From the sequence record PQ015378.1: 64,000 nucleotides of DNA. The stretch is one strand, 5' to 3'. Shown one piece after another: positions 49,000 through 57,049 of this stretch (its first letter is position 1; the number at the start of each line of letters is the position of its first letter). A program made the position numbers and the translations under genes. A model generated the notes under the pieces. The model was not told the origin of the DNA and did no database searches. It was given only the letters and a program-made list of their open reading frames with translations.

Positions 49000-50137
49000 T
49001 CGCACAAAACAACCAGGGGTATTTCGATACCTAAGTGTCGGTGACGTCCATTTGGGTCACCGCACTACACCTGCGGAGTTGATTATCCGTAACCTCGATC
49101 TGACGATCACGGACGAACTGTTGAGAGAAGCGGACATGCTGATCATTACAGGCGACCTATTCGATCGTCAGCTGAATAACGGCGACATCGTGGTTCACCA
49201 GATCAACCGGTGGATCACTCGTCTGATGTTCCGTTGTTCAGCCTTCAACACGATGATTCGTGTGGTCGAAGGAACTCCATCCCATGACCGTGAGCAATCT
49301 CGCTTCTTTGTCGAACAGAAAGAGAATGCGATGATCGACGTGGATCTTCATTATACGAAGAACCTGAGTATCGAGTACATCGAGAAACTGGACTCGTATT
49401 TCCTATATGTCCCCGACAAGCATAACCCGTCAACAGATGTAACGTTGAGTGAGGTGAAGAAACTGATGGGTGAGTTGAACATCGAGCAGGTAGACTTTGC
49501 AATCATGCACGGCGCTTTCTCGTATCAGCTACCAGCCATCGTACCTGAACCGACACATGACGAGAACGAGTACCTCAAGCTGGTGAAACATCAGATCTTG
49601 ATCGGACACGTTCATCTGATGACCGTAAACGAGCGCATTCTGGCTGCCGGTAGTTTTGATCGGATCTGTCATAATGACGAAGGGGCAAAAGGGTTGTTCC
49701 AAGTCACCGTAAAAGAGAACGGGGACTGGGAGCGAAAGTTCATTGAAAACAAATGGGCGAAGAAATACGTCACGCTTGACTGTCACGGTATGGACACGAT
49801 GCAACTCGTTGTGGCCGTACGTCAGCTAGCACAAGAACTGGTCAGAGGTTCTTCCATTCGGCTTCGTTGCAATCCGCATGATGTAGCCAACGGTGATATC
49901 GATGTGTTCCGTAAGGAGTACACCGCTTTTGACTGGCAGATCACAATCGACAAAGTGGAATCGAAGAAGAACACAGTGGCTGAAACGTTCAAGGCATTCG
50001 ACATGTCACAGTTCAAAGCAATCACTGCTGATTCGATTCTCGACCTGGTAGCTCCAATGCTGGACAAGTTAACCGATGACCAAGCCGCAATCAATCGTGC
50101 ACTCGGTCGACTGAACCTGCTAGTGGCGAGGAAATAA
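48989..50137 (+). CDS. sbcD: SbcD/Mre11-type metallophosphoesterase nuclease (phiKZ gp65-like)
   Basis: GDVHLG, TGDLFD, GTPSHD, IMHG, GHVH and GSFDR motifs. Confidence 0.9.
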   Translation: MKTDRTKQPGVFRYLSVGDVHLGHRTTPAELIIRNLDLTITDELLREADMLIITGDLFDRQLNNGDIVVHQINRWITRLMFRCSAFNTMIRVVEGTPSHDREQSRFFVEQKENAMIDVDLHYTKNLSIEYIEKLDSYFLYVPDKHNPSTDVTLSEVKKLMGELNIEQVDFAIMHGAFSYQLPAIVPEPTHDENEYLKLVKHQILIGHVHLMTVNERILAAGSFDRICHNDEGAKGLFQVTVKENGDWERKFIENKWAKKYVTLDCHGMDTMQLVVAVRQLAQELVRGSSIRLRCNPHDVANGDIDVFRKEYTAFDWQITIDKVESKKNTVAETFKAFDMSQFKAITADSILDLVAPMLDKLTDDQAAINRALGRLNLLVARK

Positions 50138-50977
50138 ATGGATATCATCGAAAGAGACGTCGGGCAGATCCCAGTTAGCATTGGGACCTCGCTGGCTTTC
50201 GAAGGTCTGATGGGTATCCACCCCAACCAACCAAAGCAACCGACCAACAACAAAACGATACAGAGTGTGTGGATTAACCTCCGCACACTCGCACGGAACT
50301 TATTCAGTGCCGTGCCTACGGACAAAGCGGATGATCTCGATTATTCCGCTTCTGTTCAAGTCCTGATGACCGAGGTGCAAGTCTTACCTGCGGCACTCCA
50401 ACAGCTGGGGTTCACTGGTAAGATTCGTTTCTATCTCGCCTCTAAGGACGCGGTCAAGTGGATGCTACCCAAGGCGAAGTGGAAAGAGACCAAAGGTCCT
50501 AAAGCGATTGCCATGGAGATGTTCGAACGCTTTGTCGCTATCGAGCTGTATCAACAGATGAAGACCTCGAATATGGATGTATTCGAGATTGATGTCAAAC
50601 CCAAAGCTGGTGAAGGCATTGTCGCCCTGTTGACACACTACCCACATGAACTGCTGTGGAAACCTCAGTTTGCCCGTCTGCTCCTGCTGGAGTCACACAC
50701 TGGGAAGATCAAGACATACAACACCTGGTACACCAAGCTGAATTCGCTGAAGGATAAGGACAACGATTATCCGATGCCTTTGACCGAGTTCACTCTCCAA
50801 GTGTTTGGTGACGGCTTGCTAATCGCACCACAAGAACCCATCAAGTTGAGGAAAGAGCTGAAACAGCTATCCCTCGACAAGAAATGGACGGGCATCACCA
50901 GCCCCGACAAACTCTATCACGACGTAATGACTTCGTCGAAAGAGTTGCAAGACCTGTATAAGAAGCTCAGGAAATAA
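50138..50977 (+). CDS. Conserved chimallivirus protein (phiKZ gp66-like)
   Basis: WINLRTLARN, LLLLESHTG and QVFGD; synteny. Confidence 0.75.
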   Translation: MDIIERDVGQIPVSIGTSLAFEGLMGIHPNQPKQPTNNKTIQSVWINLRTLARNLFSAVPTDKADDLDYSASVQVLMTEVQVLPAALQQLGFTGKIRFYLASKDAVKWMLPKAKWKETKGPKAIAMEMFERFVAIELYQQMKTSNMDVFEIDVKPKAGEGIVALLTHYPHELLWKPQFARLLLLESHTGKIKTYNTWYTKLNSLKDKDNDYPMPLTEFTLQVFGDGLLIAPQEPIKLRKELKQLSLDKKWTGITSPDKLYHDVMTSSKELQDLYKKLRK

Positions 50978-51005
50978 AAGTACTGAGCTCGCTTATACTA
51001 CGTGA
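50977..51005 (+). promoter_or_regulatory. Candidate middle promoter for chmC (AAAGTACT-N14-TACGTGA)
   Basis: Bipartite motif. Confidence 0.55.
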
Positions 51006-51062
51006 CTAATCCCGCATGCGCAGCGGTTCACCAAAAAGAAAACCCTCCGGAGTATCAACAAC

Positions 51063-51827
51063 ATGTCGCAAGCACCACAAGTAACCCTCAACGCCTTTTC
51101 CGTTATGTCCACCTGGCTGTACGCTCAGCCGGTGCAGGGTTCCAGCAAGCGCCCTTCCATCCGTTTCAACGTTCGTGGTAACGTACCAACCGTCGTCGTG
51201 AAGACTGGCGTTGATGGTGACGAGAACCACGGCAAGATCGACTTCCGTACCGACCTGGCCACTTTCGCAGCCGCGATCCACTACGCCAAGCAACTGGCGA
51301 ACAACGTGCCAGACGTTCCACAAAAGCGTGTCTTCATCTACCAAGACGACTTCGTCGCTGGTAAGAAACTGGACAAGCAGATGGTTCTGTCGAAATGGGA
51401 AATCGGTCGCGCTCAAGATGGCCGTATCTACATGGCAGTCCTGAGCACCAAAGCCAGTCGCCCACGCATCCCGTTCTACTTCGGTCCGTCGAAGTATCAT
51501 TCCATCCAGAACGGTGATGGCTCCGAGATCACTCCGAAGGAAATGTCCGAAGCCTACGCTATCGGGTTCCTGGCTCCAGCAGAAGCAATCGTTTACAACC
51601 TGATGGTCGCGCAGTTCGACGAGAACGCGAAGAACGTCGCTAACCCAGCCAACTTCGGTGGCGGTAATGGCGGTGGTGGCGGCTACAACAAAGGTGGTAA
51701 TGGCGGCGGCGGGTACAACCGCGGCGGCAATGGTGGTGGCGGCAATAACTACGGCGGGGGTGGTAACTCCGGTGGTGGTAATGGCGGCTTCTCCGACGAT
51801 GGTTTCGGCGACGCCATGGCCTTCTAA
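51063..51827 (+). CDS. chmC: Phage-nucleus nucleic-acid-binding protein ChmC-like
   Basis: Immediately upstream of the sigma-like nvRNAP subunit; about 190-aa globular part plus a G/N-rich disordered tail ending in an acidic-aromatic tip. Confidence 0.75.
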   Translation: MSQAPQVTLNAFSVMSTWLYAQPVQGSSKRPSIRFNVRGNVPTVVVKTGVDGDENHGKIDFRTDLATFAAAIHYAKQLANNVPDVPQKRVFIYQDDFVAGKKLDKQMVLSKWEIGRAQDGRIYMAVLSTKASRPRIPFYFGPSKYHSIQNGDGSEITPKEMSEAYAIGFLAPAEAIVYNLMVAQFDENAKNVANPANFGGGNGGGGGYNKGGNGGGGYNRGGNGGGGNNYGGGGNSGGGNGGFSDDGFGDAMAF

Positions 51828-51835
51828 AGCAAACG

Positions 51836-51861
51836 GGCTACCTTCGGGTAGCCTTATGCCC
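51836..51861 (+). terminator. UUCG terminator
   Basis: ggctacc-TTCG-ggtagcc-ttatgcc. Confidence 0.8.
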
Positions 51862-51876
51862 CAAAGCGCCGACTGC

Positions 51877-51899
51877 AAAAAATCTCAGATCTATATTAC
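51877..51899 (+). promoter_or_regulatory. Early promoter AAAAAATCTCAGATCTATATTAC
   Basis: Full extended motif. Confidence 0.85.
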
Positions 51900-51929
51900 T
51901 ACTTTGCTGTAGTAGAAAAGGTAACGTCT

Positions 51930-53504
51930 ATGCAACTCACCGTTACTGGCATCCAAGGTTCAGGCTTCACTGAAGTCACCGTGGAGCACCAGGGCAAGAA
52001 ACTGGCATTCACCACAAAGATCTATTGCAAGGTCAAACTTGCGGATCAACAACGTGTGTTCAAGGAATTCAACGCGTATCTCGAATTCCTCGGAGACGAA
52101 CCTCAACAGAAGATCTGGGAGTGCTACGAACGCATTCACGGTATCCTCAACATGTCGCTCGACACCATGCGAGTGGCAATGTCACTGCGTCACTACATCC
52201 GCGAGATGTATACCCACATGCCGATGAATGGCATGCGTCGTTGGTTGACGACTCAGGGTAACTTGTTCATCCCGATCGAGATCGAACGGAAGATAACCGC
52301 GGAGTCCCGCTACAACAAGAAAGAACAAACGTACCTCGAACACGAGTACATCAACCTGGCTACGGTATCGCTGGCGATTCGCCCGATGATTCCGATCTTC
52401 GGTGAGTACCTCGAATCCAGCTCCGAGTTCGATTCGAACAAAGAGACGGAAGTTCTGGGTCTACTGCATGACTGTGAAGTTGCAAACTGGCCTGTAAACG
52501 AAACCGGTCCTCATGGTGAGGAAGTTGACACGGCGTTCGATAAGCTGGCTGGCTACGTGCAGTTCTGTGTGGAAGATGAACCAACCACACTGGCCCGTCT
52601 GTGGAAAGGTATGTCGACGGTGGAAGTTCCAGTACACCTACGCTCGAAGGTTCTGGTTCGTCGTCTGACCATCGTTCCTCTGGACGACATCACTTCGTTC
52701 AGTATCGTGGCGAACACCTATCGCTACGTTCGTTCGATCATCAGCCCGGCAGAGCGCACCACTGCTGAGCGTGTCAACGAGAAGAAACCAGAGTCTGGTG
52801 GTGACGAGGACGATAAAACTTCGTTCCTGGAAGCCAACAAAACCCGACACTCGGTTCCTCCAGGTGACATCGAGGCATTCAACCTGGATACCTTCGATCA
52901 TGTCAAGCTGGCTCAAAAGGTCGATCCTACAATCGATCTGGCGAAACTGCAAGCATGCGTACAGGCAATCCCGAACGTTTCGAACTTCTCAATCAACCCG
53001 CACCAAGTGAAGATCGCTCAATGGGTTATGGCCAAAGCGTTCCCAGCTCGTGCTTTTTACCACATCAACAAAATAGCAGCACACAACATGCTCGCTACGT
53101 CGCAGGCGATCCTGTGGCACTGGGGCTTCCTGGACATCGCGGTGTTCCAGCAAGTCGAACTGTTGAAACAAGGTGAATCGGGTTCTCAGTTCCAACTGGG
53201 TTCTACCCGTACGAACTCTCGGATCCCAAACCGTTACAAAGACGATTTGGCCGAACTGTTCCCTCACCAAAAAGCACCGCAGTATTCGAACGCAGGCGTA
53301 GCTGCGCGTATCGATAACATGGCAGCCTTGGCCATCAATACTGCGACCGCATCCATCCACGCCTCCAACTGGGGCTACCGTGGGCCGGAGCAACTCTACA
53401 CGGAATCCAAACAGCCTGACCGCGGTCACGTGCTCGTGATTCCGCAGACCATCAAGGCAACATTAACTGAGCTCGTCCTGCACTTGGGCCGTCTCAACAA
53501 GTAA
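51930..53504 (+). CDS. nvRNAP sigma-like subunit (phiKZ gp68-like)
   Basis: 524 aa, between chmC and picA; RPMIPIFGEY and SNFSINPHQ. Confidence 0.8.
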   Translation: MQLTVTGIQGSGFTEVTVEHQGKKLAFTTKIYCKVKLADQQRVFKEFNAYLEFLGDEPQQKIWECYERIHGILNMSLDTMRVAMSLRHYIREMYTHMPMNGMRRWLTTQGNLFIPIEIERKITAESRYNKKEQTYLEHEYINLATVSLAIRPMIPIFGEYLESSSEFDSNKETEVLGLLHDCEVANWPVNETGPHGEEVDTAFDKLAGYVQFCVEDEPTTLARLWKGMSTVEVPVHLRSKVLVRRLTIVPLDDITSFSIVANTYRYVRSIISPAERTTAERVNEKKPESGGDEDDKTSFLEANKTRHSVPPGDIEAFNLDTFDHVKLAQKVDPTIDLAKLQACVQAIPNVSNFSINPHQVKIAQWVMAKAFPARAFYHINKIAAHNMLATSQAILWHWGFLDIAVFQQVELLKQGESGSQFQLGSTRTNSRIPNRYKDDLAELFPHQKAPQYSNAGVAARIDNMAALAINTATASIHASNWGYRGPEQLYTESKQPDRGHVLVIPQTIKATLTELVLHLGRLNK

Positions 53505-53522
53505 TCAAGAGGTAGATGATAC

Positions 53523-55208
53523 ATGTACAATGTCCTAGCCGGTAACTCTTCCGTTCGTATCGGCAATCTCGTCCTGGTTCAATCTGGTACTTACCAAGAG
53601 CAACACGTTCGTCCATTCAACATGGCCGTAACGGACGCAGCAATCAACCAGCTGCACAACGCTACTCGGGGAGGTATGAACCTGGGTGTGTCGGCAGTAC
53701 AAGAAATCGCCGGTAGCATCGTCGCACCCGCTGCCCAGACTGAAGGTCTGGTTGGCATCAAAGAAGGTTGGACTTCTCGTCGTTTCCGTGGCTTCGTCCG
53801 CGTACACGAAGAGCATCCGATGATCAAGGGCACTTCCACTCAGCGCATCTTCTTCATCTATACCGACCAGTGCGACGTCAGCTACGGTAACCTCCTGGAC
53901 CCGAACATGCGGGTCTACTTCAACTCGGAAACCGTGATCACCGAGCGACTGGAGCAAACCCCGATGGGTATCCAGAAAGTCGCGAAGGTTCAAGCATCGA
54001 ACCAGATCGTAACCCCGGTCGACATGATGGCTGGTGCCAACGGCCTGTTCTCGGCACCTGCGGCTCACCTGATCCGTCCTGAAGACATCTTCTCGATCGG
54101 TCAGACCCAAGCGGTAATCGATCGCCTCCAATCCACCAACCGTTTCAACGGCACCATCAACCGCATGCATGACCACCGTACCATGGTCGGTGAATGTGGT
54201 GCGTATCAGTACTCGCATCGTCAGGACACTTCTCCTGTCCGTTACGTCTCCAACTCCCTGAGTGCATTCCAGCATTCGGTGCGTGAAGCAGACATGTTGG
54301 GCTCGGATGGTTACGGCAACAACGCCAGCGATTCCCGTGAGCATCTGTACGGTGAAGCACAAGCGCACGCTGCCAACCAGAACATCCACAGCAACTCGTT
54401 CCTGGCTCGTCTGAAAGAACAGGCGAACTACATGGAACGTGGTTACGTGACCTGGGGCGATCTGTGCCGCATTTTCCCTGAACTGGTTCAGCAAGCTGGT
54501 TGCGCTGCCTGGTCCATGGACAACGGTCAGTCGATCCGTAAGGTAAACTTCGCTCAGGATTCGATGCACTTCCAAGGTGCTGACAATACCTCGATCGCAG
54601 CTTCCCTGTTGGCTCAAGCTGTACCTTCGCTGATGATGGACTGCTTCCTGCGTCACGTCAGCTTCGCAGTAACCAACGGTGATCACCCAGGTACCTACAA
54701 GCTGGAGTTCCATGGTGAGGGCATCAAGTCCATCATGGAAGGTATCGACATGCGTCCATACCTGATGGAGTTCGAACGTCGTCTCGCAACCGACTGCCTG
54801 AACAACATCACCTACGGCAACCAGATCGGATTCCAGATCTCCATGGCATCTGACCTGGCTGGTGACTCCGTCATCAACATCTCGCTGCAAGGCGAACAAG
54901 TAGTGCGGTGGGTTGCTCCTACTTTCACCGACAGTCTGTTCACCCCGATCGTTACTCGTGACGGTCAGAAGGCGAACAAGATTGCCAACGACATGCTGTA
55001 CCTGGTATCGGCCGTAGTACCGAATGCCCCGCAGATGCAATCGATGCAAATGCTGCAGCAAAACCAAGCCCCTAACGGCGGCTTCCCGCAGCAAGACATG
55101 AGTGCACCTTACATGGTCACTCCGTATCTGCACCCACAAGCCCCAGTCGCTACCATCCAGCCAGTTCAACAAGGAGCAATGAATGCTATCTCTTTCGAAG
55201 GTCTATGA
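53523..55208 (+). CDS. picA: Nuclear import factor PicA/Imp1 (phiKZ gp69-like)
   Basis: 561 aa directly after the gp68 homolog; QSGTYQEQHVRPF, GWTSRRFR, YTDQ, LIRPEDIF. Confidence 0.8.
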   Translation: MYNVLAGNSSVRIGNLVLVQSGTYQEQHVRPFNMAVTDAAINQLHNATRGGMNLGVSAVQEIAGSIVAPAAQTEGLVGIKEGWTSRRFRGFVRVHEEHPMIKGTSTQRIFFIYTDQCDVSYGNLLDPNMRVYFNSETVITERLEQTPMGIQKVAKVQASNQIVTPVDMMAGANGLFSAPAAHLIRPEDIFSIGQTQAVIDRLQSTNRFNGTINRMHDHRTMVGECGAYQYSHRQDTSPVRYVSNSLSAFQHSVREADMLGSDGYGNNASDSREHLYGEAQAHAANQNIHSNSFLARLKEQANYMERGYVTWGDLCRIFPELVQQAGCAAWSMDNGQSIRKVNFAQDSMHFQGADNTSIAASLLAQAVPSLMMDCFLRHVSFAVTNGDHPGTYKLEFHGEGIKSIMEGIDMRPYLMEFERRLATDCLNNITYGNQIGFQISMASDLAGDSVINISLQGEQVVRWVAPTFTDSLFTPIVTRDGQKANKIANDMLYLVSAVVPNAPQMQSMQMLQQNQAPNGGFPQQDMSAPYMVTPYLHPQAPVATIQPVQQGAMNAISFEGL

Positions 55209-56580
55209 GGGTATCCTGAAGTCCATGCAGTATGACGTGGACGAAACAGGACTCGTAAGTGTCATCACCCCCACCGGCACTAAAGCCGAAGCGAAAGTAA
55301 ACGGCAATCGTCTCGTGATCCCAACCCAGAAGCGTCTGCGCGAAGGCTTCGGTGAAGATCTCCAGCCGTACCACCCACTGTGTGAGAGCCCTTCCCGTAA
55401 GGGTACCTCGCCGGTGCTGCAACACATGCAACGTTCGGTCAAGCATCACCTCGGCTTCCTGATCAGCTTCCTGGCTGACCAGCTCGTCAAGCTGTCGCTG
55501 AACACCGACCAGCACAAAGACCTCCCGCCGGAAATGACCGATCTGCTGATGAAGCTGACCGCCGTGACCGACAAGACCCAAGGTCTCCTGGACAAGCTGA
55601 TCCCAGCAGCGTCCAAGCAGAACAAGCTGGTCACCGTATACCTGAAAGGCCCAGGCAACTTCAAGGGTCAGAAGGTCAACCGTATCGCTGTCATCCGTTT
55701 CCCGATCCTGGATGAACTGGACTCCGATGCCGACAAGGACATGGTCCTCGGTATCAAGATCCCAGCCAAGCAGCGTAAAGCACTGTCGGCTCTCCTGCGT
55801 CTGATCGTTCCATTCGGTGACGATCCAGAAGAGTACAGCGCCGGTACCGTCAGTCGGGTGGCTCCGTTCCTCACCGTGTTCCTGCAAGCGTATCACAAGA
55901 TCGCTACCCGCATGAACCAGATGATCAACCGTCTGGCTGGTCCTCTGCACCTCCCACTGAAACCAATCGAACTGTTCCCGCTGGAATGGATCGATGAGTT
56001 CCCGAAGATCTACAATCAGATCCCTTCGCTGAACGGTAACGATGGTGGTGTGGATGACGAGAATGAAGTTACCACGGTAGCACCAGCTCCGCAAGCGGCA
56101 GCAACGCCACAAGCAACTCGTCAACCGGTGGTAATGCCATCGATGGCCGAGATGTTCAACAACCCACAGGCCTCCCAGCCAGTGCAACCACAGCAACAGT
56201 ACTCCCGTCCTGCCGCAGCTTCGGCTCCAGCAGCACAGAAGCAGACCGTAGCTGAACTGCTGGGTACCAGTGCTCCACAAATGCCACAGATGATGCCTCA
56301 GCAGCAGATGTACATGCAGCCACAGCAGATGATGGTCAACCAGTACGGCCAACCGATGATGCAGCAGCCAATGATGATGCCGCAGATGAACACCGGTGGC
56401 CAAGCACAACTGCCTTGGCAGATGCAACAGCAGCAAATGCAGATGCAACAGCAGAACCCGTATCTGCAGGTGTTCCAACAACCTCAGCAACAGCAGATGA
56501 TGCAGCAACCGATCTACGGCATGCCGCAACAGCAGCAGATGTGGGGTCAACAGATGTACCAAACAGGTCCAGGCCTGTAA
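55183..56580 (+). CDS. gp70-like protein with a long Q/M/P-rich C-terminal region
   Basis: RBS AGGAG inside picA; FHPLCE-type motif (YHPLCES); low-complexity tail. Confidence 0.8.
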   Translation: MLSLSKVYEGILKSMQYDVDETGLVSVITPTGTKAEAKVNGNRLVIPTQKRLREGFGEDLQPYHPLCESPSRKGTSPVLQHMQRSVKHHLGFLISFLADQLVKLSLNTDQHKDLPPEMTDLLMKLTAVTDKTQGLLDKLIPAASKQNKLVTVYLKGPGNFKGQKVNRIAVIRFPILDELDSDADKDMVLGIKIPAKQRKALSALLRLIVPFGDDPEEYSAGTVSRVAPFLTVFLQAYHKIATRMNQMINRLAGPLHLPLKPIELFPLEWIDEFPKIYNQIPSLNGNDGGVDDENEVTTVAPAPQAAATPQATRQPVVMPSMAEMFNNPQASQPVQPQQQYSRPAAASAPAAQKQTVAELLGTSAPQMPQMMPQQQMYMQPQQMMVNQYGQPMMQQPMMMPQMNTGGQAQLPWQMQQQQMQMQQQNPYLQVFQQPQQQQMMQQPIYGMPQQQQMWGQQMYQTGPGL

Positions 56581-56581
56581 A

Positions 56582-56613
56582 CGACATAGTGGGAGCCTTC
56601 GGGCTCCCATTAG
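56582..56613. terminator. Bidirectional UUCG terminator
   Basis: cgacatag-tgggagcc-TTCG-ggctccca, between convergent genes. Confidence 0.8.
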
Positions 56614-56985
56614 TCATTTAAATTTTCTACTCATGTAGAGTTTAACCAACTCACTCACTTCGTTATCGTTAGGCCGAATCAACTTCGGGCTGACGCTAGG
56701 GTTATTCGGGTCTCGCATTTCCTTAGCGAACTGGTTAGGGTTGGTCATACCGTTCATCCGCAACAGGATGAAGTGCATGTGTGGAAGGATACCTATCTCG
56801 GTCAGGTATCCATAGAAGTCACCTTCGTATTGATAGAAGAGATCCAAAGGGATTTCGTCTACCGCCGCTGCGCGGTTGATCAGTACGTTGAGAGCGGACT
56901 CGACGATCAATCGGAACTCCGCTGTGTAATAAAGGTCGTCTCCGGCCTTCGCCATCTTTTTGTCGGTTAGAATTGTGAAAGCCAT
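56614..56985 (-). CDS. Small conserved protein, possibly LysM/gpX-like
   Basis: YEGDFYGYL...ILLRMNG..NP pattern. Confidence 0.65.
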   Translation of the reverse strand: MAFTILTDKKMAKAGDDLYYTAEFRLIVESALNVLINRAAAVDEIPLDLFYQYEGDFYGYLTEIGILPHMHFILLRMNGMTNPNQFAKEMRDPNNPSVSPKLIRPNDNEVSELVKLYMSRKFK

Positions 56986-57007
56986 TTGATATTCCTATTG
57001 CATGGGA

Positions 57008-57024
57008 TCTCAGATCTATATCAC
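57008..57024 (+). promoter_or_regulatory. Early promoter TCTCAGATCTATATCAC
   Basis: Extended motif. Confidence 0.75.
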
Positions 57025-57049
57025 ATCATTGCTAACCCAAACTGGAGTA

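Noticed and set aside
56100-56580. CAG/ATG-rich DNA as a tandem-repeat locus
   Set aside because: It is explained by the encoded Q/M-rich peptide and has no fixed repeat unit.
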